Below the pieces are notes generated by a model. The model made no database searches. It was given only the letters and a program-made list of their open reading frames with translations, and was not told the DNA's origin. From Caecitellus pseudoparvulus (lineage: Eukaryota > Protista > Bigyra: Bicosoecida), in assembly GCA_965644315.1 (NCBI GenBank), contig CBFFRQ010000057.1:372001-436000 (forward strand): a DNA stretch of 64,000 bases, read 5' to 3'. This document shows positions 20,495 to 32,422 of this stretch, piece by piece. The position numbers and the translations under genes are program-made. Every line of letters begins with the position of its first letter. Within the stretch, counting starts at the first letter, position 1.

Positions 20495-23182
20495 TCAACC
20501 GTCCCCTGCCTCTGCGCCAGTGCCCTCCCCTTCTGTGGGCGTGGCTGCGGCCACACCCTCCTTGAACCCTGCCTCTCGGGCACTTTGGATGGCAGCCAAA
20601 GCTTCTGCCTTGAAAGCGGCCTTGACCTGCGCGACGGTGTGGTCCTTTTCCCGCTCCAAATCAGCCACAGCCGCTTGGGCCGCGGCGAGCTTGGTATCCA
20701 GCTCAGCACACTGCTCCTGCAATGCTTCCACGCGTTGCCGCTCAGCCTGCAGGGAGGCCTGCACATCCGCCTCGCGATCCAGGCTGTCGGCTAAGTCACC
20801 CTGCAAAGCCCTCAGCTGCTCTTTGCTGTCATCACTGGCTGACACGGAGCGCAGCGCCCTTGCTTCCTCCCGCGCGGCCAGCAGCATGGCCAGCAGCTCT
20901 GCCTTGGAGTATTGGGCAAGGTCTGGCACGCCCCCTTCAGCACAGGCGGTCGAAAAGGCGCTTTGCTCCGCCTCTGCTTCGCCCCTCAGCCGCCTGGCTT
21001 CCCCCTCCGCACGCTGCGCCCGCTCTTTGCAAGCTTCTGCTTCATCCCGTATTGCCTGCAATTCACCTGCTGCGCCGGCATTGCCTCGCTTGGCAGCTGC
21101 CGCGGTGCGTTTCGCCGCGAGCAGCTGCTCTTGCAAGTCATCCTGCATCTCCAATGCTGCGTCATGCTCCTGTCGCGCGGTGTTCAGTGATGCTCGGAGG
21201 GTCTTCACCTTGCCTTCAAGTGCGGCGACCTTTTCGCGTTGAGCCGCCGCCCCACCCAACACGGTGGACAGAGACTGCAGCAAGCCACGCGCGTCTACGT
21301 CGCCTGCCTCGCCATCGTGGGCATCGCCCCGGGCAGTGCCCTTCTTGCGCCGACCTCGGCGGCGGCTCCGGCTGTCACCGCTGTCACTGTCAGAAGCAGA
21401 GGAGGAGTCACTGCGATGGCGGTGCCGCCGCCGCCGCCGCCGCCGCCCACCCCCATCCGCATCGCGAACAGCGTCTGACACCGAATCGAGCTTGGCCAGG
21501 ATACGCCCAGTGTCCACCAAGACTCGCTCAAGCATGCCTTGGCTGATCTGGGGCACAGGTGCCGCTACCATGGGTGCAGGAGCCGGGGCAGGTGTGGGCG
21601 CCGCGAGGGTAGTGTCTTCTTCAGACTCCACTGCCACCAAAGCCAACTCCTGGGCGGTTGCGGCTGGTGCTGGCGCGGCCGCAGTGGGTGCTGGGGCTGG
21701 TGCAGTGGCCGGTGTAGGGGCTGGCGTGGCAGCTGCCACAGCCTGCTCTGGCTGGGCCGGTACTGGCTCCGAGGCGCTGGCACTGGACCTCGCACGAGCT
21801 CTCCCGATCATCATCATGGGCCCGGCAGCCCCCTTGCCTGCACTTGCGAGACGTGCCATGCGCTCAACGAGTGCATCCTTGGACCCATCTTGGGGGGGGG
21901 TGGCGGGGACAGGGGCGGGCGTATGGACGGGAGCAGGGGCACTCGTGCCAGTGATGGTGACGGTGAGCACACTCCATGCGCTGCCGTGGGGGAGGGCCGC
22001 CTCGGCATCCCTGGAGCAGGGCGTCCAGGCATCAGTGACGTCTGGTGCGCCTTGCGCTTGCACAATGTTTAGCGCCGCTTGGGTTGGCAAGAGCCAAGCG
22101 TGGCTGCCGCCGTCTTGCACATCCCCCAGCAGCAGGTTGAGAGGGGCAACGAATATTGAGCTAGCGGGGTCCGGTTTGGTGCCAGCCGGGAGGGGACCGC
22201 TCCAGATATTTTTCAGGGCAGTCTGAGCCTGCCTGAGCTCTGAGGGCACTTTGGGCAGGCTGTGGATGGTTGCGGTGCCCTGGGCCGTGTGACCGGGTGG
22301 GATGCTGCCTCGCCCAGACGCCAGCTGACCATGCACGCGGTGTTGCACCAGGTGCATCCACCGATCATCTTCCAAGGGCCCAGGGGAACCCGCCTCTTCC
22401 CCTGGGAAGTCACTTTCAGGTCCATGCAGTGCTGCGAATGCCCTGAGGGCAAAGAATTTGTCCAAGAAAGAGCGGGCATGGGCTGGGGAGGCGGCAAGCA
22501 GGGAGTACTCCTTCCCATTCGCAGAGAAGTTAAGGTACGCGTTGTCGCCGTGGGGCCGGAAGGCGACGGCATGGTTCATGGGGCATGCGACCAGGGGCTT
22601 GCGCTTGCCATCGTACAGGAGGAGGGAGAAGGCGCCCGCCCCTTTGTGGAAGACCACCACCCCCACGTTGCCGTCACAGACGGCTGTGAAGGCGCCACTC
22701 TCCAACACGTACAGCGCGCGCGCCTGCTCTGCCAAGACCATCTCATCTTGAGCAGGTGCAGGGTTTGGGCCAGCCCCGCCAGCAGACGCTGCAGTCGCCG
22801 TACTAGCTGTGCTCTGTGGGCAGGCAGAGGCGGGCGGGTGCTGCACCTGCGCGCTGAGCAGGCTTCGTGCTCCACACGCACAGGTGACGCTTCAGATGAG
22901 GGGAGGCTGGGCTTGGGGGCTTTCTTCGCAGACGGCTGCACGAACCGTAAGCTGCGGTTGGTGCCGTCGTCCTCAGAGCTGCTGCCTGACCCCCCGCCGA
23001 GCAGGTCTCCCAGCGTGCCACCGCCACCACCAGCAAACAGGTCACTTCTGCTCTCAGCACGGGAGCTGCGTGCCTTGGAGCCTTGGAAGATGAAGCTGGG
23101 GGAGAAAGCGGCAGGCAAGTGGGGGCGAGGCGGAGCAGTGCGCTGGCTGGCGAGCTTGGGCGGGCGGGTTGGCTCACCTCAT
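20495..23182 (-). CDS. FKBP15/WAFL-like protein (WH1/PH-like domain, degenerate FKBP region, coiled coil)
   Basis: N-terminal LGDLLGG...SLRFVQP..KKAPK, then a beta-rich ALYVLESGAF..GNVGVVV..FSLLLYDGKRKPL..AYLNF segment, KDALVERMARLA and a C-terminal coiled coil. This order matches my recollection of FKBP15. The first exon is probably only ATG AG, followed by donor gtgagc. Confidence 0.6.
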
Positions 23183-23347
23183 GCCGTGGCGTGGTGGGTG
23201 AGCTGCACTGCACCAAGCTCGGCAAGGCTTCTCTCCACCTTCGCCCTGGGCAAGAGGCGTCTGCAGTGCCTGGAGCAGAACAGGGCATGCAGGGGCGCTG
23301 TCGGACACACAGCATGCGTGAATGACGTTGGAGAGTGCCGCGTGCTC

Positions 23348-23353
23348 TGCATT
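23348..23353 (-). terminator. AATGCA putative 3'-end signal (DAP3)
   Basis: 24 nt after the stop. Confidence 0.55.
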
Positions 23354-23377
23354 GCGTTTGCGCGCGGAAGGGCCTGC

Positions 23378-25484
23378 TCACAAGCGAGGCTTCTTGCGCT
23401 GGCCGATGGTGCTGGCTTGCTGGTCCGCGACGAGGGCGGCAGCACGCATGACCTCTCGGGGGTTGCCCGCAGAGATGGTGCGGAAGTAGTCCACGGCATG
23501 GGAGTCCACATCCTGGCGGTCCTGCACCTCGAAGAAGTTCCCTGAGTAGTGGTAGTGCAGCAGCTGGCTGTGCAGGGCTGGGCGGTCCAGGGGCGGCACG
23601 GCCAGCCGCGTGCCACGGGGGCTGCGCACTTGCTCGTACATGCTGGTGTGGAAGGAGTTCCGGTAGGAGTCAGCGACGAGTGTGAAGCCGCGCTTGAAGG
23701 TGCCGCTGGGCGTGACGCCGTCGGGGCCCAGGACGCGCCCCAGGGACGCCAGGGACACCTGCTCCATGGGCACGGTCTGCCCGTACAGTTTGATGTCGGA
23801 GGGCTCGTAGCACCAGTTCACACCGTCCACAGCCAGCAGCACTGGGTGCTCGTGTGTCTGCCGCAGCTCTGCGACGAGGTCCAGCAGGCAGTCGGTGGCG
23901 AAGGGGGGGTGCCGCACCCCCCACTCCACCATGTCGGCCAGCGTGGCGCCGGAGCGGTCCACGTCCTCCGCCTTCAGCAGCTGGGGCAGGTTGGAGGTGA
24001 AGGTGGAGGGGTCCCACGCCTCCCCCGCCGCCTCGGCCGCTGCCTTGCGGCGTGCCTTCTCGCCGTCCTCTTCCTTTCGCAGGGCTGCCTTGGCAGCCAT
24101 CACCTCCTCATCAGCGGCCAGGGGCAAGTACTTGTCCCGCGGGTAGCTGCCTCGCTGCGGCACGTCGGCCAGCAGGTGAGCGTTGACGTCCTTGATGTGC
24201 TTCAGCGTCTCCAGCGCCATGTCGGGCTGGTCGGCCCAGCCCGGGCGGCTGGTGGACGGCACGTGGTACAGGGCTTGGCGGAACCAGGCGAAGCAGTCCG
24301 GCACGAACACCGTGATCCAGCCATTGCGGCGGGCATAGTACAGGGCGTACGCCAGCGTCGCGCTCTTGCCGATGCCGCGCGGCCCCGTCAGCAGCCGGAA
24401 GGGCAGGTCCTTCGCAGCGACGCCACGGGCGTCCCCGCCCACGGCCACACCGGCCTCCACGGCGCCAGACTCGGCGTTGTAGTCCAGGGGAAGGCTGGGC
24501 TGGGTGGAGGCGGGCGGGGGCTCCGCCACGCCAGTGGGCCACTGCTGCAGCGCGCCCGTCACTGTGTCCACCGTATCCTGGCTGGCGTGCTTGAAGGCGT
24601 CCAGCGCGCGCACAAGCTCCCGCATGTGGGGGCGCAGCATGAGGGCCACGTGCCCTGACAGGGCGAACTCCGTGCCGAGATCCCCTGGTGGGCCCTCAGG
24701 CATGAGCTGGTGCATGTCCACGCTGGCATCCATAGGGAAGTACTTGCCGTCGTGCTCGGCCGTGTGCTGTGGGGTGCAGGGTGGGAGGGGGCGTGGGGGG
24801 GGGCACGGCAGCTCAGACACAGCACTGCACACGCACAGCAAGGGGGTCGTCCTCCGACGTGTAGTACTGGGAGTCGTACACGACGTTGCTCATGTAGGGG
24901 TGGGGCGGAACGGTGTCTTTGTTGTCCCCGCCCTCGCTCCACAGCGATGCCCGCAGCGGCAGGTCCCCCTCTCGAGATGCCAGCACTCGCAGGCGTTCTA
25001 GGCGCTCGTACTGTGCCAAGAACGCGTCTGCCAGCTCGCTGTCGCCCTGGTGCAGGAAGGTGGCGAGGCTGCGCCACTGAGGTGCCATCCGTTCCAATTC
25101 CGCTGCCAAGCCCGCCCGGGCGGCATCTGACGCGCTCTCCCACTTGTGTGCCAGGGAAGCCATGGCATCCAGCTGCCTGGACAGCACGGCTTTGGCCTGC
25201 ACCTGTGTCTGTGCGTCCATGGTGTCGCCGGCGCCCGCTTCGCTGCCAAATGCCGGACTGCCGTCAGCAGCTGCCGCAGTGCTGGTGCTGCAGGCTCGGC
25301 GAGCCCTGTGAACGGTGGCGGAATCGCAGAGGCAAAGTGAAAGGGGTGTGCATGGCCTGGACTTCGTGTGTGCGGGGTCTCACCAGCTGCACCCCTTCAA
25401 AGTGCCCGCGGCAGGCAGGTTGGCGCTGATGGCACGCAGCGATGCTGCCGCGGAGAGTCCAGCTGCAGAGGCTCCGCGCAGCAT
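23378..25484 (-). CDS. DAP3: Mitochondrial small ribosomal subunit protein mS29 / DAP3
   Basis: LLTGPRGIGKSATLAYALYYARRNGWITVFVP (P-loop), PVLLAVDGVN and SAGNPRE. Presequence-like start MLRGASAAGLSAAASLRAISA. Introns near 25384-25300 and 24830-24760. Confidence 0.85.
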
Positions 25485-25848
25485 GGTTGGCAGCACTGGA
25501 GAAGAGGCACCTGCAGCACAAGCAGGATACTTGCAACACGTGGGGGATCCGAAGAGGGAGCATGCCACAACCCTGCGTTTTGCCACCTCTCACATTCTGC
25601 ACGTAAGCTGGGTGAAGCTGGCAATTTCCGCAGTCGCGTCGTGCAGTGCGCGCGGGTTTTCACTTCGCCAACGCCAAACCGCAGCACCTGGCTAGGGGGT
25701 GAAACACGGAAGCACTCGCCGCGAGCCAAGTTGCCTGCCAACACGCCTTGCCCACTGCAAGTCTCCTGCGCTGCCCCAGCAGCGCCGCGGCCAGGCATCG
25801 AAGGTTGCTCCCTCACCCTCCAGCGACCGAGTGAAAAGCCTGCGAGGC

Positions 25849-26836
25849 ATGCCAGCTGCCAGCCCCGCACAGGGCGGGGGAGGAGGAGGCCTCGTTGGTA
25901 ACAAGGACAGTGTCACAGAAGGCGCAAGAGGACTCGTTTGTGGCCTGCTGTACGGCCTGGCCTCGCCGCTTGTGGGGTGCGTGGTGCTCTGGCGCAGCGA
26001 TTCCCCGCCCCCCGCACCGCTGCAGGGGCCCTGGCACGCACCGCCGCAGGCACCCTCTGGACACCATCAAAACCAAAATGCAAGCACAGGCGTCCTTCGC
26101 CCGTGCCGGAGCACTGCGCACTCTGCGGGAAACGCTTGCCAAGGAGGGTGCCCGGGGTCTGTACCGAGGCCTGCTGCCGCCGCTGTTCGGGTCCATGGTC
26201 TTCCGCTCCCTGCAGTTCAGCGCGTACACCTTCACCTACGCCGCAGTGCGCGACAACGAGGCCCTGTGCACGCCCCAGCCCTGGCTGGGGGGCATGCAGC
26301 TGCGAGTGCTGCTGGCTGCCACAGTCAGCTCCACTGTGCGCAGTGTGATCGAGACGCCCCTTGAGCACGTCAAGGTGCGCAAGCAGGTGGGGCAGCCGTG
26401 GATGCGCGCAGCGACGCCTGCACAGGCCATGCAGGCGCCTCTGCGCGAGGTGGCGCACATGTACTCTGGCTTCGGCGTGTGCTGGGCTCGCACCGTGGCG
26501 CTCATGGGCAGTTTCTTCGTCATGCTGGACACACTCGGGCGGGTGGCGCCGGGCCTCATCGCTGCAGGGCTGCCTGGTGCCTTCGTCAAGGGCGGCATCT
26601 GCGCCACCACGGCCTGGGCCATTTGCTGGCCCTTCGAACTGGCCAAGAGCCGGGTGCAGGCAGGGGCGGCGTCGGGGTCGTGGGCGGCGGAGCTGCGGCA
26701 GGTTCTGCGCAGCGAGGGTGTTCGTGGAGTGTACAGGGGCTTCGGGCCGGGTGCGGCACGTTCCATTTTCGCGAACGGAACCAGCATGCTGGCATTTACA
26801 GCCTGCCAGGCGTGTTTTCAAGGCATGGATACTTGA
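25849..26836 (+). CDS. Mitochondrial carrier family (SLC25) protein
   Basis: Three Px[DE]xx[KR]x[KR] motifs (PLDTIKTK, PLEHVKVR, PFELAKSR) with EGARGLYRG and EGVRGVYRG. One intron near 25977-26050. Confidence 0.92.
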
Positions 26837-26881
26837 TCATGCAGATGCGTGCACCCAGCTGCGAAGCATGGCGACAAATTC

Positions 26882-26887
26882 AATGCA
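26882..26887 (+). terminator. AATGCA putative 3'-end signal (mitochondrial carrier)
   Basis: 45 nt after the stop. Confidence 0.55.
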
Positions 26888-26989
26888 AGCCGTGCAGCCA
26901 GGTCTTCCTTTGTCACCCCCACCGCACCCATCCTCTGCCACTCGCGATCTTGAGGGCACCTCGGCGCCTGACGGCCAGGGCCACTCATC

Positions 26990-28310
26990 ATGATCCAGTC
27001 AGCGCTGCGGAGAGGGCTCAGCACGCCCCGCACGCCGAAGCATGCGCGTTTCCTGCACGTCTTGCCCAACGTAGACGCTGTGCGAGAGTGGGTGGCGCAC
27101 AGGCCTGGCAGTGTGGGCTTTGTGCCGACGATGGGCGCCCTGCACGGGGGCCACATGCAGCTGGCAGCTGAGGTGCGGAAATCGTTTGCGACCAGCGCAG
27201 CGCTGGCTTCTCCCCCTCTTCGTGCACTGCCGGGCGCTCCCCACGCAGTCGAAGCGCACGTGCGATGCAACCATCGCAAGCATCTTTGTGAATTCCACCC
27301 AATTCGCGGCACACGAAGACCTGGAGAGCTACCCAGCCCTGCGTCCAGAAGTGAGAGCCGCAGACCTTGACCTCCTTCGTCAAGCGGGTGTAGACGCAGT
27401 GTACATCCCCGAGGACCCTTGGGAGGTGTACCCGACATGGCCACCTTTCAAGAGCTATGTGGTCCCTGAGGGCGGCTCGGCTGCCAATGAAGGAGCTGCC
27501 AGGCCTCACTTTTTCCGCGGCGTGGCCACGGTCGTGACGAAGCTCTTCAACATCGTCTCGCCCACGCACGCGTTCTTCGGGGCCAAGGACGCGTACCAGT
27601 GCATCGTCGTTAAGGCCTTGGTGCGGGACTTGAACATGTCTCGGCCTCGGCACATAGTCGTCGTCCCAACGCAGCGGGCGGAGGATGGCTTGCCCGACAG
27701 TTCACGAAACGTGTACCTCACAGCTCCACAGCGCGCTGCAGCGCCGATGCTGTACCGCATGCTAGCAGGGTTGCAGAGTGCGTTGGAAGATGCCCCGCGG
27801 GGCGGCAACGGCATGCCCAGTGTGTCGCTGCTGCATGACTCGCTGCTGCCAGCTGCGCACGCTGCGTTGCAGAATTGCCTGCGGCAGCACCACCCTGACG
27901 TGACTGCTTCCTTGGAGTACCTGTCCCTCATGGACGCTGCCAGTGGCCTGGACGTTACGCCCACATGTGCCGAGACCTGGCAGAACGAGGCAGCGCTGGA
28001 GCGTTCCGCCGCTCTGTGGGGCTTCAGTTGCAGTGCCCAGCCTGCCGCCGGCGAGAGATGGGAGGTTCCCCTGCACCGAGCTATGGACACGTCAAAGCCA
28101 CCACCAGGGTTGGAACGTGTGCACAGCAGCTGTTCAGCCACGCCAAGCAGGGCATTTATCTCCCGCTCCCGCCGTGAGGCTGTGCTGCCTGCGCCGCTGG
28201 TGTTGTCAGCCGCCCTGGCGTTTCAACCGAGCAAAGGCCAGGGTGGCTTCGTGCGCGTGCTAGACAACGTGATGGTGGGCGGCGCCCTGCAGTGCTTGGG
28301 CGGACCATGA
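26990..28310 (+). CDS. panC: Pantoate--beta-alanine ligase (pantothenate synthetase)
   Basis: GFVPTMGALHGGH (HIGH motif), SIFVNSTQF, RPHFFRGVATVVTKLFNIV, FFGAKDAYQ, DGLPDSSRNVYL and VRVLDN. Intron about 27173-27248. Confidence 0.93.
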
Positions 28311-28317
28311 ATGCATT
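28310..28317. terminator. Palindromic AATGCATT, putative shared 3'-end signal (panC / AsnRS)
   Basis: Overlaps the panC TGA. The stops are 19 bp apart. Confidence 0.7.
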
Positions 28318-28329
28318 GCAACGCCCAGG

Positions 28330-29805
28330 CTACATGGGGCACAGGCCCGGGGCTCTGGGGAAGGGAATGACATCGCGGATGTTCTCCACGCCGCTCACCA
28401 ACTGCACCAAACGCTCGAAGCCAAGCCCCCACCCTGCGTGGGGCACCGAGCCGAACTTGCGCAAGTCCAAGTACCACTGCAGTTCGCCACTCTCCAGCAG
28501 GCCGCCTCTTGACATGGCCGCCTCCAAGTTTGCGTGCCTGTGCTCACGCGCAGAGCCCCCCACCAGTTCCGCCAGCTTGGGCACCAGCAAGTCAACACAC
28601 GCGACGGTGGGTCCAGGGGCGCCCGCCTCGCGCTCCCCCTCATCATTGGCCAGCATGTACACAGGCTTCACTGCGGCAGGGTAGTCCGTGACGAACACTG
28701 GGCCGCGCACGTGTTCCTCTGCCAGCCACTTTTCGTGCTCCGTGCCCAGAGCGTCGCCCCATGCGACAGGCTTGTCCCAGCTCTGCCCACTGCTCTGCAG
28801 CACCTCCACGGCCTCCGTGTACGTCATGCGCGCAAAGGTGCCAGGAGCGACATCTCCCCCTTCCTTCAAGATGCCCCCCAGGCGCTGCGGCAGCGTCTGG
28901 TCCACCCTGGCGGCGCAGAATGCCAAGTCGTCCGCCACACGTTCCCGCGCACCGTGCACAGCGGCCTTGATGCACGTTTCCGCCAAGTCCATGACATCGG
29001 GCAAGCTGGCCCAAGCCACCTCCGGCTCCAGCATCCAGAACTCCGCCAAGTGCCGAGAGGTGTTGCTGTCCTCGGCCCGGAACGTGGGCCCGAAGGTGTA
29101 CACTTTGCCCAGGCCGCATGCGAACGCCTCAGCATGCAGCTGCCCTGACACCGTCAAAAAGGCCGGCTTGCCGAAGAACTCTGAGCCATCAGGGGCCCCC
29201 CACGGCGCCACCGCGAACACCTCTCCCGCACCCTCACAGTCACTGCTGGTGATGAGAGGGGTGTGCATGTGCAGAAAGTCGAGGCTCTGAAGGTGTGCAT
29301 GCAGAGCTGCTGACAGCGCGTTGCGGATGCGGAAGGCTGCCCCTCCCAAGTTGCTGCGGGCGCGCAAGTGCGGAATGCTGCGCAGAAACTCCACGGAGTG
29401 CCCCTTCTTCTGCAGAGGGTACTCCGCTCCCTCAGCTGGCCCCACCAGGTCAACGCGCCCTCCCTCAGGCACGGCCACCTCCCACGTCTGGCCCTTGGCA
29501 GGGGACGGCACCAACCGACCCTTCACGCTGACACTGCTCCCAACAGTGACACCTTGCAGACTCCCAGAGGGTGCCACGACCTGGATTGTCCCTTGACAAG
29601 AGCCATCTGACACCTGCATGAAGCTGGCGCCTTTCTGCGCACGCACTGTGCGAACCCACCCTCGAACCAGCACCTCTTCGGCTGGGCTGCCGTGGCCGGT
29701 AGTTCGAGCCAGCAAAGACTTGACGCTGGCCGCAAGGGAACTGCATGACCTCTGGTGCATGAACTTCGCCGCACGCGCAGCGCGGTGCTGCACAGCGCTC
29801 CACAT
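28330..29805 (-). CDS. NARS2: Asparagine--tRNA ligase, mitochondrial/bacterial type
   Basis: VRGWVRTVR (OB fold), FLTVSGQLHAE, FGPTFRAEDSNTSRHLAEFWMLEPE and PHAGWGLGFERL. Presequence-like N-terminus. Intronless. Confidence 0.95.
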   Translation of the reverse strand: MWSAVQHRAARAAKFMHQRSCSSLAASVKSLLARTTGHGSPAEEVLVRGWVRTVRAQKGASFMQVSDGSCQGTIQVVAPSGSLQGVTVGSSVSVKGRLVPSPAKGQTWEVAVPEGGRVDLVGPAEGAEYPLQKKGHSVEFLRSIPHLRARSNLGGAAFRIRNALSAALHAHLQSLDFLHMHTPLITSSDCEGAGEVFAVAPWGAPDGSEFFGKPAFLTVSGQLHAEAFACGLGKVYTFGPTFRAEDSNTSRHLAEFWMLEPEVAWASLPDVMDLAETCIKAAVHGARERVADDLAFCAARVDQTLPQRLGGILKEGGDVAPGTFARMTYTEAVEVLQSSGQSWDKPVAWGDALGTEHEKWLAEEHVRGPVFVTDYPAAVKPVYMLANDEGEREAGAPGPTVACVDLLVPKLAELVGGSAREHRHANLEAAMSRGGLLESGELQWYLDLRKFGSVPHAGWGLGFERLVQLVSGVENIRDVIPFPRAPGLCPM

Positions 29806-30073
29806 GGCCACTGCAGTGCTTGCACCAGATGCAATTTCCGCCTCAACCCCTCCCGGTGGCAGGAGCAGGTAAGCCTCAAGGGGCCGCAGAAGGAAGCATT
29901 CGAGTGCGCCTGGGCAGAGCTAATTCCCTAAGGCGTGTACAGTGATGTTGGGCGTCAAGTGCATCGCCTGTGCGCCAACTGCTCACGTGTCGCTCGCGAA
30001 GTCAAGCCATGCGTGGTGCTCACGCAAAACCATGGGCAGCCTCATCCACTTACTGTACACTTCCAACGCACAG

Positions 30074-30079
30074 TGCATT
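30074..30079 (-). terminator. AATGCA putative 3'-end signal (CTL)
   Basis: 64 nt after the stop. Confidence 0.5.
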
Positions 30080-30143
30080 GGAATAGTCACGCACTTCCAC
30101 CGCCTTGTGATGGCCGACCGCCCATTTCTTGGATACAAGGCCT

Positions 30144-32049
30144 TCACGGGGTTCTCTTGCTACCACGGCCGCCCCACTTGGCACGGCCGGTCGAGGCCAT
30201 GCTTTTCAGATGAACCATAAAAGCAGGTTCACTTTGCTTTTGCTGCTGATCTTGCTCTTTTGGGGCGGCTGCTGTTGATCCGCTCTTCTGGCCATCCTTC
30301 AACTGGCCCGTCCCTGCTGCGAAGCCCTCCATGGCCCCAACCATGGCTGGCGAGGAGCCGTACGAAGTGACGGAGCAGTACTTGTCAATGGCCCAGAACG
30401 CAAACATAGCGCTCGTGAGGTCAATGAGGCTTTCTGCCAGGAACAGGGCGGCGGTGGAGGCCACCGCACCCAGGAAGCCGGCCATGACCACGACGCCCAC
30501 CTGACCCTGGACAATGGAACCCACGATGGCGCCCAGCAAAACTCCAAACGGCCCGAGCAGTGCCATGATGGCAACGAGGATAAACCAGCCGCCTTGCGTG
30601 GAGATGGAGTTGTACCCCGTCGCAGAATCCAGCAAGGCCCACGCAATGGTGCCTGACAGCAGGCCCAGCATGACTGCACCAATGTACAGCACTCGCTTGG
30701 AGATGCGGTCGGTGATGTACCCGTCCACAAATGAATGCTTCAGCACATTCGCCCCGTGCTTCGCCGCATCGATGAAGCCCTCGCCTGACACCGCTGCCAT
30801 GATGGTGGCGAAGTTCGTCATGAACTCCAGGATGTTCAGGATGAAGCGGATGAAGCATGCCATGACAGCCATGCAGATGCCGCCTTGTTGGCGGGCACGA
30901 CGCACAGAGTCCCGCATCATCTCAATGATGGCCAGCACGAGGCCAGCAGCCATGTTGGTGCCTGCGGCCAGCGTGATGCCCAGTCGGAGGCCTGTCCAGG
31001 AGGGGGACTTGCACCGCCGCTCAGGGGGGTTGAAGTACCACTCCCCAGCCATGAATGCGGCAGAGTACTGTGCGACCTGCATCCCTGTCATCAGCGTCCA
31101 CAGCAGGGTGAAGCCGGCCAAGTACTGGTAGAACGTCGCCCAGCCAGGAGTCACTGCCGCGCAGATCGTCACCCCGCTGTCAGTCTTGATCTGCTGCACT
31201 TCAACAGACAATGCTGCACAGATCTGGAAGACAATGAGCCCTGCAAAGAGCACCAGCGTGACGATAAGGACGAGGGTGTTCACCAGCAGCTGGGAGGGGT
31301 AGTCCTTCAACGCAGTCACGCCCAGCTGTAGCACGTCAGCGCTGAGGTTTATGGAATCTCGGATGAAGTAGATGAAGAGCGCATAGAGAGCTGTGGCAAT
31401 GAGGATGATGACCCCTCCCACGGCGCTGCCTGCGGCGAGCAGCCAAATGGCCAGCGCAACTTGCACCGCCAGCGTGAAGCCAATCGTGCCCCACACCATC
31501 ATGCGGGTGTACTCCTTCAGCAGGTACATCCACAGTGCACCCAACAGCAGAGCACACAGCACAGAGACAGCACAGGCGGCTGTGGGCAGGGAGCGGGGGC
31601 GCACGTGAGTGATGGGTGAGTGCGCGGCTGGCGCAGGTCGTGGGGCCAGGACACACCAGGTGACGCAGCCAGGGTGGCGAAGCCAGTGGACGTGTCGAAC
31701 TCGTTCACCTCAGGAACCTCTTGTAGGAGTCGGTTGCTCTGTAGATCCGTGTTGCAGTCAACCAGCTCTTGTTGCAGCGTGCCTGTGGCGCGGAAAACGA
31801 ATCTACTGTGTGACGTCGACCAAAAGTGAAACCCTTGTGCGAGGTGTAGCAAAACACACCCAAATCCTTCGCGCTGGCCACCGCAGCAAAGCCCATGGCC
31901 AGGGTAAGCACCATGGTCACGCCATAGCAGCCCAAGACATACACATCCTGCAGCTTGCGCTCCTCGGCTGGCACGAGCCTCGCTGCGATGCCTTTCTCTT
32001 CTTCGCCTTGCTCCTTGCCCTCCACCACGCTTTTCTCTGGCTGTTCCAT
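30144..32049 (-). CDS. Choline transporter-like (CTL/SLC44) membrane protein
   Basis: ERKLQDV before TM1, multiple TMs, AFMAGEWYF, AAGTNMAAGL and LEFMTNFATIMAAVSGEGFIDAAK, all typical of CTL. About two 5' introns. Confidence 0.8.
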
Positions 32050-32422
32050 GGCGAACAGTGTCAGCAAGAACAGTTCGAGGCTGCAATGCCTTGCGGGCCC
32101 ACAGTTTGCTATGTTGATTGGAAAGTGGAAAAAATATCAGATCTCGATTTTTCTCCGCAGGAGCCATCGCGGAAATTGGTCATCCGTACCTCTCGCTTTT
32201 CACGGCGACAGGGCTCACCTACATCACCCTCTGGCCAAAACAAAATCACGCGAGCAACTGATTGCATGCCTGGAGTGCAAGAAATGTGCATGTTTTGCTC
32301 CCAGCACTCACGTTTGGAACGGAGAGCCGCCGAGTTCCGAGCTCCCACCTGCGGCTCTGCCGTTGGAGTCCTGCACCGTCAGAGGCACTCCTCGCCCCTG
32401 TGCAGCTGCTCGGACCAGAAAT

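Noticed and set aside
21424-21447. (GCC)n microsatellite
   Set aside because: It encodes the poly-Arg run of the FKBP15-like protein and is ordinary low-complexity coding sequence.
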